DNA from: an uncultured Nitrospiraceae bacterium | GTDB lineage: Bacteria > Nitrospirota > Thermodesulfovibrionia > Thermodesulfovibrionales > SM23-35 | Reading direction: 5' to 3' | Assembly: GCA_963727775.1 (NCBI GenBank) | Contig: CAVSHB010000001.1 | Span: forward strand, 832,001-896,000 | DNA: 64,000 nt | Shown here: piece after piece, positions 39,227 to 49,675 of the stretch | Numbering within the stretch: position 1 is the first letter of the stretch | Layout: every line of letters starts with the position of its first letter | The notes under the pieces: generated by a model | Seen by the model: only the letters and a program-made list of their open reading frames with translations | The model's database searches: none | What the model was told of the DNA's origin: nothing | Made by a program: the position numbers and the translations under genes

Positions 39227-40033
39227 TTATATTTTGGCATCGGGAAGATTGATTTTTATGACCTGGCCTTTTTCTCCAAGGTTTCTGATTTCCTTGCCGT
39301 TAAAAACTAACCTTATTCCTCCTGCATTGCCGATTTTCAGGATAAAAAATTTATTTGCATACCATTTTACGGACTCACCGGGTTTCATCAATATTTCCCT
39401 TGAATCCGCATTATCGCTGGTAACAAGAAGCCATGTGGTATCAATAGCAAAAACCTCGAGGACCTGCTGCGAGGTCTTTGCTATTGATCCGGCGTTTGCC
39501 GAAAGGTTGTCCGTCACACGCGGGCCTGTTTTTTGTTTTCCTTTTTCATCCGTTGGACGCAAGAGAGCGGAAGGACCGTCCCGGCGTTCCTTTGCGGTCG
39601 TTTGAGGCGTGCTCAATGCCGGCTGGATCCGCTGGGAGGGCGGATTGGTAGGACCGGAAAAAATAAGTTTATTCGGGAAGCGAATAAATGTAACAAGGAT
39701 TATTGCAAAAGACAAGAGCAGCGCAGGGACAATAAAGTACTTGACTTTTGAAGGTCTCCTGTCCGTATTTTCCTTTTCGGGGAGGTTGATTTTCTCGTTC
39801 ATGGAGGCCGATAATTGTTCCTTATAAGCCTTGACCGCGAATTCAGGATCAATGCCGAGGGTCCTTGCGTATTCGTGGATATATCCTTTTACATAAACTT
39901 CTGCAGGAAGCCTTTCGATATTTCCATCTTCAATCGATTTGAGATAATCATATCCTATTTTAAGGCTGTTGGATATTTCCCTGAGATCCATGCCCAATTC
40001 TTCGCGCTTTTTCTTTAGAATCTCTCCTACCAA
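39227..40033 (-). CDS. rodZ: RodZ-like HTH / DUF4115 membrane protein
   Basis: VGEILKKKRE..YVKGYIHEYA; TM; IGNAGG. Confidence 0.85.
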   Translation of the reverse strand: MVGEILKKKREELGMDLREISNSLKIGYDYLKSIEDGNIERLPAEVYVKGYIHEYARTLGIDPEFAVKAYKEQLSASMNEKINLPEKENTDRRPSKVKYFIVPALLLSFAIILVTFIRFPNKLIFSGPTNPPSQRIQPALSTPQTTAKERRDGPSALLRPTDEKGKQKTGPRVTDNLSANAGSIAKTSQQVLEVFAIDTTWLLVTSDNADSREILMKPGESVKWYANKFFILKIGNAGGIRLVFNGKEIRNLGEKGQVIKINLPDAKI

Positions 40034-40138
40034 CGGGCCTCCTTAAAACAGGCATTTTTCTAATAATAACACATGGCATATGTAAGGGCAACACACCGCA
40101 AGGGCGGCGCAAGCCACTCTATGCTATTATAACTAATA

Positions 40139-41383
40139 ATGGACCGCGTTGTTGTAACAGGGATGGGCGCTGTCAGCCCTATAGGAAATACATTGTATGA
40201 GTCCTGGACCGCTGCTAAGGCGGGTATGTCGGGCATAGCGCCGATAACAAGATTCGATGCGTCCATGACGCCGTGGAAAGTGGCCGGCGAGGTCAAAGGG
40301 TTTGATGCGGCAGCATATCTTTCCCTAAAGGAGATAACAAGACTTGACCGGTTTATACACTATGCTGTTGCTGCTGCGGTAATGGCGGCGGAAGACGCCG
40401 GTACCGGCGATCTCGAAAAAGCCGGGGTTATTATCGGTTCAAGCCGCGGAGGGATAAGTACATTTGAACAGGCCATAATCGACAGTACCCGGTCATCGGT
40501 AAAAGACCGGCATAGAGGATATCTGCCCAGGCGTCATGTGTCCGCATATCTTATGGCTGCAACAACAATCAGCATGGCTTCATCTTATGTCGCAAGGAAA
40601 CTGGGCATAAAAGGCCACTGCCTGGGCGTGTCCAATGCATGCGCTTCGGGCGCGAATGCTATCGGGGAGGCATATCGTCTGATCAGGTCGGGATATAATG
40701 GCCCGGTGCTTTGCGGCGGTACAGAGGCGCCTGTCTGCAGGATATGCATGGAAGGGTATGGATCATCGGGGGTGTTATCCGCGGGCAGTGATTATTCTGC
40801 AAGCAGGCCGTTTGACAGAACAAGAGACGGGTTTGTCCTTTCGGAGGGGGCGTGCGTCCTGGTTCTGGAGGAGCTTAAGAGCGCGGCGGACAGAGGCGCA
40901 AGGATATATGGGGAAATCACAGGATACGGCAATACCTCGGATGCTTTTCACCAGATTGTTCCGTCAGCAGAAGGAGAGGCAAGGGCGATAAAGTCCGCAA
41001 TAGAGGAAGCAGGATTAAAGCCGGCAAATATACACTTTATTAGCGCGCACGGCACTTCAACCATACTTGGCGACAAAACGGAAACTCAGGCGATTAAGCT
41101 GGTATTCGACAAAAATGCCTATCAGGTTCCCGTAACTTCCCTAAAATCATCCACAGGCCATATGCTCGCTGCGTCAGGCGCGATTGAGGCGGCTTTTACA
41201 TTGCTGAGCATGAACGAAGGGATTATCCCGCCGACAATAAATTTAAAGGAGAGAGATCCAGAATGTGATCTCGGTTATGTGACCGGGGGGCAGGGCAAAG
41301 CCGATATTGAGTTTGCAATGTCTCTATCGTTTGGGTTCGGTGGCGTAAACGCAGCGCTGGTTTTTAAAAGACCGGGCGACTGA
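40139..41383 (+). CDS. fabF: Beta-ketoacyl-ACP synthase II paralog
   Basis: RVVVTGMG, NACASG, AHGTST, GHML, SFGFGG. Confidence 0.88.
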   Translation: MDRVVVTGMGAVSPIGNTLYESWTAAKAGMSGIAPITRFDASMTPWKVAGEVKGFDAAAYLSLKEITRLDRFIHYAVAAAVMAAEDAGTGDLEKAGVIIGSSRGGISTFEQAIIDSTRSSVKDRHRGYLPRRHVSAYLMAATTISMASSYVARKLGIKGHCLGVSNACASGANAIGEAYRLIRSGYNGPVLCGGTEAPVCRICMEGYGSSGVLSAGSDYSASRPFDRTRDGFVLSEGACVLVLEELKSAADRGARIYGEITGYGNTSDAFHQIVPSAEGEARAIKSAIEEAGLKPANIHFISAHGTSTILGDKTETQAIKLVFDKNAYQVPVTSLKSSTGHMLAASGAIEAAFTLLSMNEGIIPPTINLKERDPECDLGYVTGGQGKADIEFAMSLSFGFGGVNAALVFKRPGD

Positions 41384-42341
41384 ATTCCATCATAGCTTCT
41401 TCTTCCGGGTTATCTGTCAGGTCTCTGTATTTGGGTGAAAAGTGCATAACAACAAGCTTTCTTACCCCTGCTTCCTTTGCGATCCTGCCGGTGATCTTTG
41501 CAGTTAGATGGAACCTCTGCAATGCCCTGTCAGCGTCTTTATCCATAAAATGCGCCTCGCAGTAGAAGGTGTCCGAATCATGCGCAAAAGAGATGATCCT
41601 CTTGATGTTTTCTTCGGAAATCGACACATCAGTTACATATGAGATTTTCTGGCCTTTTGTAATCTTTGCGATTTCACCGAGTTCTTCTAATTTGTAAACA
41701 CTGCCGGAGATTGCGAATTCTGTTTCCGCCGGCCTTTGTTCTCTGATGGCCTTTTTGAGTTCCGCAAGCCAGGGCCCGACCGGGAGTCCTAATGTCCTCA
41801 GGCAGGCTTTATCTATATTGATGTGGTACTCTTCCTCGACGGAAAAGGCGAGGCAGGGTATCTGATGTTCCAACTGCGTTGCCTTTATTGTAAACAGAGG
41901 TTCTTTGAGGAGAACACCATTGAACTCAGATATATTATTTTTTCTTTTCCTGAAAGAATTCTCAGCGTGAAAGCTCGAAGAGATAATCCTGTCCCCATCT
42001 ACGCAGAAGACCTCGATCTTTAAAGGGTATTCCTTTATAAGGTTCCATGCATAACCTTTCAGTTTGCCTTCTACACAATCGGTTATATTGGAAGGGCCGT
42101 ACACTCTCAAAGGGGTTTCCCTTCTCAAGAGCGCCCTGATAAGGACGTCGAATCCGATGAAGTGATCGATGTGCGTGTGGGTCACAAAGACGTCGGTTAT
42201 CTTCTGCAAATCACCGGGACCGAGCCTGGAGATGTTACCGATATCGAACAGAAACGCCCTCCTTTCCCTCATGATCCTGACGAAGAGTGAAGGGTCTTCA
42301 AACGGGTTATTTATAAGATTGTGTATGAATGTAGGTTTCAT
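41364..42341 (-). CDS. Ribonuclease Z-like metallo-beta-lactamase
   Basis: THTHIDHFIG, YVTD, HLTA, MHFSPKY. Confidence 0.85.
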   Translation of the reverse strand: MKPTFIHNLINNPFEDPSLFVRIMRERRAFLFDIGNISRLGPGDLQKITDVFVTHTHIDHFIGFDVLIRALLRRETPLRVYGPSNITDCVEGKLKGYAWNLIKEYPLKIEVFCVDGDRIISSSFHAENSFRKRKNNISEFNGVLLKEPLFTIKATQLEHQIPCLAFSVEEEYHINIDKACLRTLGLPVGPWLAELKKAIREQRPAETEFAISGSVYKLEELGEIAKITKGQKISYVTDVSISEENIKRIISFAHDSDTFYCEAHFMDKDADRALQRFHLTAKITGRIAKEAGVRKLVVMHFSPKYRDLTDNPEEEAMMEFSRPVF

Positions 42342-42479
42342 TGGTGATTGTATTTCCTTGTGATATAATATACCAAAATTAAAAAAGAGCGTGGAACATG
42401 GGCAGAAGCGCCGTTCTTTGCGAAAGATTTGATTTTTCATTCCCGGCGTTTTTTGCTTTCCATCTATAGAGGGGGGGAA

Positions 42480-43475
42480 ATGTCCGAACTTAGAAAGGAT
42501 CCGATATCTGGACGCTGGGTTATTATTTCCGTTGAGAGGGGAAAAAGACCTACGGATTTTGCTTCTCCTTCGCAGAGGAAAAGGGGAGGTTTTTGTCCGT
42601 TCTGTCCCGGTAACGAATATACTACGCCGGCAGAGATAATGGCATTCAGACCGTCCGGAACGAAGCCTAATTCTCCAGGGTGGACGCTGAGGGGTATGCC
42701 TAACAAGTTCCCCGCGCTTCAGATCGGCGGCGACCTCGGCAAATCAGGAGAGGGCATCTTCGATAAGATGAACGGTATAGGCGCCCATGAAGTTATTGTG
42801 GAGACCCCCGACCACATGCAGTCCCTTTCTACTATGCCGTTAAAATCGGTAGAAGACGCTTTATGGGCTTATTATCTGAGGCTATCGGATTTAAGAAAGG
42901 ACCGGCGCTTTAAGTATGTATTGATATTCAAGAATGAAGGAGAAGCGGCGGGCGCTTCGCTTGAGCATTCCCATACCCAATTGATTGCGCTCCCGATTAT
43001 ACCAAAATTGGTAAAAGAGGAGACGGACTCCGCCAAGCGTTATTATGATTTAAAGGAGAGATGTATATTCTGCGACGTTATTAGCCAGGAGCTCGAATCG
43101 AGGAAAAGGATAATCTACGAAAATGCCAGGTATGTGGCCCTTGCTCCTTTTGCTCCGAGTGCGCCTTTTGAAACATGGATATTGCCGAAGGAGCATGAAT
43201 CAAGTTTCTCTCCCCAGGACAACAATTTTTCACAACTGGCTGAAATACTTCAGATGGTTCTAAAACAGATTGACAGGATACTTGATATCCCTCCATATAA
43301 TTTTGTTATACATACTTCGCCTTTCAGCGATGATGAAAACGATTATTACCACTGGCATCTTGAACTTGTCCCTAAGCTCACAAAGATAGCGGGTTTTGAG
43401 TGGGGCTCGGGGTTCTATATCAATCCTACCCCTCCGGAGGAATCGGCCAAATTTATGAGGGAGGCAAAGCTTTGA
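42480..43475 (+). CDS. galT: GalT-family hexose-1-phosphate nucleotidyltransferase
   Basis: ELRKDP, CPFCPGNE, NKFPAL, GASLEHSHTQ. Confidence 0.9.
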   Translation: MSELRKDPISGRWVIISVERGKRPTDFASPSQRKRGGFCPFCPGNEYTTPAEIMAFRPSGTKPNSPGWTLRGMPNKFPALQIGGDLGKSGEGIFDKMNGIGAHEVIVETPDHMQSLSTMPLKSVEDALWAYYLRLSDLRKDRRFKYVLIFKNEGEAAGASLEHSHTQLIALPIIPKLVKEETDSAKRYYDLKERCIFCDVISQELESRKRIIYENARYVALAPFAPSAPFETWILPKEHESSFSPQDNNFSQLAEILQMVLKQIDRILDIPPYNFVIHTSPFSDDENDYYHWHLELVPKLTKIAGFEWGSGFYINPTPPEESAKFMREAKL

Positions 43476-44935
43476 AGATACTGATAGCTTCACCGGAGGC
43501 TGTCCCGTATATAAAGACCGGCGGCCTTGCGGACGTTGCAGGAGCTCTCTGCAAGGAATACCGGAGGATGAAACAAGATGCGCGCATTATCCTTCCCCTA
43601 TATAAAAAGATAAGGGACAGTAGTCCTTCACTCCGGGATACGGGGATTAAGATAGACGTCCCTGTAGGAGACAGGCATATCGAGGGCAGGATATTCAGTG
43701 ATCAATCATCGAACTATTTTATCGGGTGCGATGAATTTTTTGACAGAGAGGAAATCTATGGCACGCCGGAAGGAGATTTTGCGGATAATGCGGCAAGATT
43801 CATTTTTTTCTCAAGAGGGATTATTGAGGTATGCAAGTCCCTTAACTTTAAACCTGACATAATCCATTGTAATGACTGGCAAACAGGCTTGGTTCCGCTC
43901 TACCTGAAGACGATATATAAAGACGATAAATTCTTTAAAAAAACGGCGACCTTACTGACGATACACAACCTGGGATACCAGGGGTTGTTCCCTGCATCGG
44001 ACATGTACCTGACAAATCTCGGATGGGAGCTTTTCACGCCCGACGGTATAGAGTTTTACGGTAATATGAACTTCCTGAAAGCGGGGATTATCTCGGCTGA
44101 TGCGCTCAGCACCGTCAGTGACACGTATGCAAAGGAAATCCTCGATGGAGAGTTCGGGTTCGGTCTTGACGGTGTGTTGAGAAACAGAGAGAAGGACCTT
44201 TACGGTGTGATAAACGGAATAGATTATGAAGAATGGGACCCCTCGGAAGACAGGCTTTTGCCGGCATATTATACTTATAAAGATTTACCGGGAAAGGCGG
44301 CCTGTAAAAGGGAGCTGTTAAAAACATTGTTTCAGAAATCGGACATCCGTGTTTCAGAACGTGCTCCGGTGATCGGGATGGTCGGAAGACTGTCGGAGCA
44401 GAAAGGGCTGGACCTTGTTATCCTGTCTGTCCAGGAGTTGTCGTCTTTCGGCGTAAAGCTTGTTATTCTCGGGAAAGGCAACGAAAAATACCATGTTGCA
44501 TTTTCCGAGATTGCGAAAAAATATCCCGGCATGATCTCCGTTACAATCGGGTTTAATGACCGGCTTGCGCACAGGATATATGCCGGATCCGACTTCTTTC
44601 TCATGCCCTCAAAATATGAGCCGTGCGGACTAGGACAGCTTATATCTCAGAGATACGGCAGCATCCCCATAACAAGAAAGACAGGCGGACTCGCGGACAC
44701 AGTTCGGGATTATAACCCTCTGGTTCTAAAAGGGACAGGGTTCCTTTTTTCCGATTACACACCTTCCGCGATGCAGGATGCCCTGAAGAGGGCCTTTTGC
44801 GTTTATACAGACAGGGATAAAATGAATAAAATGATCAGAGACGGAATGAAGGCTGATTTCTCCTGGAAAAGATCTGCTGAAAGATATATTGAATTATACG
44901 GCAATGCGCTGAACAAAAGAAAAATTAAAAGGTAG
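43472..44935 (+). CDS. glgA: Glycogen synthase
   Basis: KTGGLADV, HCNDWQ, PSKYEPCGL; TTG start overlapping galT stop. Confidence 0.95.
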   Translation: MKILIASPEAVPYIKTGGLADVAGALCKEYRRMKQDARIILPLYKKIRDSSPSLRDTGIKIDVPVGDRHIEGRIFSDQSSNYFIGCDEFFDREEIYGTPEGDFADNAARFIFFSRGIIEVCKSLNFKPDIIHCNDWQTGLVPLYLKTIYKDDKFFKKTATLLTIHNLGYQGLFPASDMYLTNLGWELFTPDGIEFYGNMNFLKAGIISADALSTVSDTYAKEILDGEFGFGLDGVLRNREKDLYGVINGIDYEEWDPSEDRLLPAYYTYKDLPGKAACKRELLKTLFQKSDIRVSERAPVIGMVGRLSEQKGLDLVILSVQELSSFGVKLVILGKGNEKYHVAFSEIAKKYPGMISVTIGFNDRLAHRIYAGSDFFLMPSKYEPCGLGQLISQRYGSIPITRKTGGLADTVRDYNPLVLKGTGFLFSDYTPSAMQDALKRAFCVYTDRDKMNKMIRDGMKADFSWKRSAERYIELYGNALNKRKIKR

Positions 44936-47406
44936 TGCTTGTGGACATAACAGATAAAGAGAAATTTACAGAAGTCATCTTCGAAAACAGCCGTGACGGG
45001 ATTATAATGCTCGACAGAAATTACAGGATACTTGCCGTCAACAATTCTATAGTGAAGTGGACAGAAAAACCTGCCTCCGAACTTATCAATAAAGACTGCG
45101 TAGAAATATTTCATGACAAAGGCCGGGTATGTCCTCATTGCGCGGCTAAGACGGCATTCGAAACAGGCGAAGTAAATATCGTGACCCAAAAAATACATAT
45201 CGAGGAAAGTACATATTATGCCGAACTTTCGGCGTATCCGGTGCGCGGCAAAGGCGGTGAGATAGCTGAAAGCATCGTGTTTATTCAGGATGTGTCCGAG
45301 AGGATGCTCTGCCATGATGAGGTGTTAAAGCTTTACAATGAGGTCACCCATACTAAGGAGTATCTTGAGAGCATAATCAATAATTCGGCGGATGCGATAG
45401 TTACTTCCGATCTGGATGGCGTTGTTACTTCATGGAACATGGGCGCAGAGAGAATATACGGGTTTTCGAAAGAAGAGGTGATTGGGAAGGTATTGCCGGT
45501 TCTCCCTGATTTTATTATAGACCTTGAGCGGGATTATACCCACAGGATAAGAAATGGAGAGGTGCTTAAAAGGATCGAGACTTTCAGAAACAGGAAGGAC
45601 GGTACGATCATATCCGTAAGCCTTACATTGTCTCCGATCAAAAACTCTGAGGGAGAGGTGATAGGCGTCAGCGGTATTTCCAGAGACATATCGGAAAAGA
45701 AAAACGTCGAGAAAGAGCTGGTCAGAAGGAACCAGGAACTTTCTAGGCTTTTTTTCATAAGTTCAGCAATGAGGGGGACACTCGAACTCGACAGGCTATT
45801 GAGAATGGTTCTCACTGCGGTCACCATGGGCGACGGCCTCGGTTTTAACCGGGCGATCCTCTTTTTAATTAATGACGAAAAAAATGTATTAAAAGGCGCG
45901 ATGGGAGTAGGGCCGGGCAGCTATGAGGAGGCATTTCATATCTGGGACAGGCTTTCCCTTGAGAAGAAGACATTGCCCGATATCATGCAGGAGATAGAAG
46001 TCGGCCCTTCAAAAAAGGACTCTTTTTTTGACAGGCTGAGTCAAGGGATAGAGATACCCTTAACAGAAGAAACGGTCCTCACAAGAGCCGTGAAAGAGAA
46101 AAAGATGTTCAACGTCGAAGATGCCGGGAAAGGGCATTTATCGGACGCGGTGCTTATCCAGCAATTGGGGACAACTGCGTACGCTGTTGTGCCCTTAATA
46201 TCGCGTGATAAGATAATAGGGGTCTTATGGGTCGACAACTATTTTAACAAAAGACCTGTTACTGAAGAAGATTTAAGGTTTTTAACGGCCTTTTCGAACC
46301 ATGTCGCATCGGCCATAGAGAGCGCAAGGCTCTTCGAGCAGGTCAGGCTTACCGAGCAGGAGCTTGAGAATATATTTGAGTCGATATCCGACATGGTCTA
46401 CTTTGTCACCGAGGATTATGTCCTTAAGAACATCAATAAAGCCGTGAGCAAGAGATTGGGAAAACCTCCCGAGGAGATAATAGGAAAGAAATGTTACGAA
46501 ATGTTTCACGGTACAAGCGGGCCGTGGAGAGAATGCCCGCACCAGAAAGCTGTTGAGGCCAGAGAGGCGTTTGTGGAAGAGGTCGAGGACCCCTATCTTG
46601 GCGGAACGTTCATTACTTCAAGCTCGCCGATTTTTGATACAGCCGGAGAATTTATCGGTACCGTGAATATTGTCAGTGATATAACGGAGCTTAAAAACCT
46701 CCGTGAAAGGGTCATTAAAACAGAGAGAATGGCGGCTTTGGGAGAGGTCGCGGCGAGGGTGGCGCATGAGATAAGGAACCCATTGGTCTCTCTCGGCGGG
46801 TTCGCGAGGAGGCTCGAAAAGAAGCTGGACGGTAGTTTGAAGGAATATGCGGACATAATTTCACGAGAGGTGGAAAGGCTTGAGGACATACTGAATGAGA
46901 TACTGAGTTTTGTAAAGGAGTCAAGGATCAAAAAAGAAATTGTTAATTCCGTTAATATCATCGAAGAGGTTATCGCCCTGTGCGGGTTCGAGTGTGAAGA
47001 AAAAAATATCTCTCTTGTCAAAGAATTTGCGGCGCCCGTCGAGATATTCGTAGACCCTAACAGAATTAAAGATGCCTTGCTAAATATATTAAAAAATGCA
47101 ATCCAGGCTGTCGGCGGCAACGGGACTGTTGCTATTAAAACATATATCACAGATCATGCATGTGTATTCGAGATAAGAGATACAGGAGCGGGTATCACTG
47201 AGGAAGATATGCAGTTCATTTTCGATCCGTTTTTTACTACGAAGAAAGCGGGCGGCACCGGACTCGGTCTTACTATTACTCACAGGATTGTCGAAGAACA
47301 CGAAGGAAGTATCGAGGTGGAAAGCAAGCCTGGAGAAGGCAGTATATTCAGGGTATTAATACCGTTAATAATGCAAAGCGAGAAATCAAAGGGAGGAATT
47401 ATATGA
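44935..47406 (+). CDS. PAS/PAS/GAF/PAS sensor histidine kinase
   Basis: PAS motifs; [24 protein letters not shown]. Confidence 0.92.
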   Translation: MLVDITDKEKFTEVIFENSRDGIIMLDRNYRILAVNNSIVKWTEKPASELINKDCVEIFHDKGRVCPHCAAKTAFETGEVNIVTQKIHIEESTYYAELSAYPVRGKGGEIAESIVFIQDVSERMLCHDEVLKLYNEVTHTKEYLESIINNSADAIVTSDLDGVVTSWNMGAERIYGFSKEEVIGKVLPVLPDFIIDLERDYTHRIRNGEVLKRIETFRNRKDGTIISVSLTLSPIKNSEGEVIGVSGISRDISEKKNVEKELVRRNQELSRLFFISSAMRGTLELDRLLRMVLTAVTMGDGLGFNRAILFLINDEKNVLKGAMGVGPGSYEEAFHIWDRLSLEKKTLPDIMQEIEVGPSKKDSFFDRLSQGIEIPLTEETVLTRAVKEKKMFNVEDAGKGHLSDAVLIQQLGTTAYAVVPLISRDKIIGVLWVDNYFNKRPVTEEDLRFLTAFSNHVASAIESARLFEQVRLTEQELENIFESISDMVYFVTEDYVLKNINKAVSKRLGKPPEEIIGKKCYEMFHGTSGPWRECPHQKAVEAREAFVEEVEDPYLGGTFITSSSPIFDTAGEFIGTVNIVSDITELKNLRERVIKTERMAALGEVAARVAHEIRNPLVSLGGFARRLEKKLDGSLKEYADIISREVERLEDILNEILSFVKESRIKKEIVNSVNIIEEVIALCGFECEEKNISLVKEFAAPVEIFVDPNRIKDALLNILKNAIQAVGGNGTVAIKTYITDHACVFEIRDTGAGITEEDMQFIFDPFFTTKKAGGTGLGLTITHRIVEEHEGSIEVESKPGEGSIFRVLIPLIMQSEKSKGGII

Positions 47407-47750
47407 AAATACTTGTGGTTGACGACGATCAGCACATACAAAGGCTTTATAAAGAAGAGTTTGAAGACGAAGGCTACGAAGTGGTCGTGGCATCCAACGG
47501 GCAGGAAGCTATGGAACTTTTCGATAAGGAAAACCCTGATATCGTTACCCTCGATATCCTGCTGCCCGACGTTGACGGTATTCGTATTCTGAGACAGATG
47601 AAGGAAAAGAACCCCAAAATCCCCATTATCATGTCCACCGCCTACGATTACAGGGATGACTTTGCCGTATGGGCCTCGGAAGCATATATTGTCAAGTCGT
47701 CGGATCTCGAAGAATTGAAAGCCATGATAAAGAAGCTGCTCAGCAAGTAA
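47403..47750 (+). CDS. Single-domain response regulator
   Basis: ILVVDDD, VTLDI, STAY, YIVKS. Confidence 0.92.
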   Translation: MKILVVDDDQHIQRLYKEEFEDEGYEVVVASNGQEAMELFDKENPDIVTLDILLPDVDGIRILRQMKEKNPKIPIIMSTAYDYRDDFAVWASEAYIVKSSDLEELKAMIKKLLSK

Positions 47751-47752
47751 TA

Positions 47753-49675
47753 ATGACGCGCAACATCTACCTTGACAGTGTCCCCTTGCATGACGCGCTG
47801 GCAAAGTGGCTTGCAAAGCTTGAACATGAAGGCCTATTAAGTCCGCTTTCAGGAGAAACAGTCAGGATCACGGATTCATTGGGAAGGGTTACTGCTGAAG
47901 CTGTAACCGCAAGGATTTCCTCCCCTTTTTATCACTCATCAGCAATGGACGGTTATGCTGTTCGGTTTGTCGATACTTTCGGCGCTGCGGAAAGAACCCC
48001 CAAGAGACTCAAGACGGGAGAACGAGCAATCTATGTTGATACAGGCGATCCATTGCCTGATGGGTTTAATGCAGTAATTATGATTGAAGATGTTAATGTC
48101 ATAGATGAATATATTGAAATCATTTCTTCTGCAACACCGTGGCAGCATGTGAGGGTGATCGGAGAAGATATCGTATCTACTGAATTGATATTACCCGAAA
48201 ATCAGAAGATAAGACCTGTTGATATGGGCGTAATGCTTGCAGGCGGGCATACAGAGGTAATGGTCAGGAGAAGACCGAGAGTAGTCATTATCCCCACTGG
48301 TAGTGAAATTGTGGAGCCCGGATCTGATTTGAAGAAAGGCGATATTATCGAATATAACTCAAGGGTCCTCGGAAGTCTTGTTTCAGAATGGGGAGGCGAT
48401 CCTATTAGATTCAGCATTATCCCTGACAACCCTGAGGAATTGAAAAAGGCGATACTCATTGCGCATGATACAGGAGATTTAGTGGTAGTCAATGCGGGCG
48501 CATCCGCGGGATCAGAGGATTTCACAGCTAAGGTTATACAGGAACTTGGCGAGATAGTGCTGCATGGTGTAAATATAAAGCCGGGCAAGCCCGTTATCCT
48601 CGGTTGGGTTAAGGGAAAGCCTGTCCTTGGTATCCCGGGATATCCCGTATCTGCCTATCTGACCTTTATCTTATTCGCAAAACAACTTATTTATAAATGG
48701 CAGGGGCTTGAATCCGAAGGGCCTGAGATTTTAAAGGCAAAGATTTCGAGACAGGTCGCATCCGCCCTCGGGCAGGAAGAATTCCTTAGGGTTAAGGTAG
48801 GAAAGGTCGGCGATAATTTCGTTGCGACACCTGTCAGCCGGGGAGCAGGTCTTTTGATGTCATTAGTAAGGGCTGATGGATTTGTCAGAATCCCTGCCAT
48901 GTCCGAAGGCATCGGAGCCGGCTCTGAAATAGATGTGGAGCTGATGAGGTCCAAAAACGATATTGAACACACTATTGTCTGCATCGGAAGCCACGACAAT
49001 GCGCTTGATCTGCTCGCAAATATCCTTAAGAAAAGATTTCCGAACCTTTCTCTGTCATCGGCCCACGTGGGGTCGATGGGCGGACTGATGGCGTTGAGAA
49101 AGGGAGAGGCGCATATGGCTGGAACGCACCTGCTTGATGAGGAGACCGGCGAGTACAACACGCCTTTCATAAAAAAATTACTTCCTTCCAATAGGCTTCT
49201 CCTTATAAATCTGGTCTACAGGGAACAGGGACTTCTTGTGCGTAAGGGCAATCCGAAAAATATAAACGGATTTAAGGACCTGACGAGAAATGATGTGGTT
49301 TTTGTCAACAGGCAGTCAGGCGCGGGTACGAGGCTTCTCACGGACAAATGCTTGAGAGAACTCGGCATATCACCTGTTGATGTCAAAGGGTATGAGAGAG
49401 AGGAATATACTCATATGGGTGTTGCCTCTGCGGTGCTTACAGGGGTGGCTGATACCGGGCTTGCCATCCTTGCGTCTGCAAGGGCTCTCGATATAGATTT
49501 TATCCCTGTTGCAAAAGAAAGGTATGACCTTGCAATACCCCGCGACTTCCTTGAAACAGACATGCTCCGGCGTCTCCTGAGCATTATCAGAGAGGACATT
49601 GAATTCAGGGAAACGGTAAAAGGACTTGGAGGGTACGATGTTTCAGAAATGGGAAAGGTTATGTACGAAAGTTGA
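47753..49675 (+). CDS. moeA: MoeA fused to periplasmic-binding-protein-like domain
   Basis: SAMDGYAV, DTGDPLP, IKPGKP, PGYPVS; C-terminal GSHD..VNRQSGAGTR. Confidence 0.9.
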   Translation: MTRNIYLDSVPLHDALAKWLAKLEHEGLLSPLSGETVRITDSLGRVTAEAVTARISSPFYHSSAMDGYAVRFVDTFGAAERTPKRLKTGERAIYVDTGDPLPDGFNAVIMIEDVNVIDEYIEIISSATPWQHVRVIGEDIVSTELILPENQKIRPVDMGVMLAGGHTEVMVRRRPRVVIIPTGSEIVEPGSDLKKGDIIEYNSRVLGSLVSEWGGDPIRFSIIPDNPEELKKAILIAHDTGDLVVVNAGASAGSEDFTAKVIQELGEIVLHGVNIKPGKPVILGWVKGKPVLGIPGYPVSAYLTFILFAKQLIYKWQGLESEGPEILKAKISRQVASALGQEEFLRVKVGKVGDNFVATPVSRGAGLLMSLVRADGFVRIPAMSEGIGAGSEIDVELMRSKNDIEHTIVCIGSHDNALDLLANILKKRFPNLSLSSAHVGSMGGLMALRKGEAHMAGTHLLDEETGEYNTPFIKKLLPSNRLLLINLVYREQGLLVRKGNPKNINGFKDLTRNDVVFVNRQSGAGTRLLTDKCLRELGISPVDVKGYEREEYTHMGVASAVLTGVADTGLAILASARALDIDFIPVAKERYDLAIPRDFLETDMLRRLLSIIREDIEFRETVKGLGGYDVSEMGKVMYES

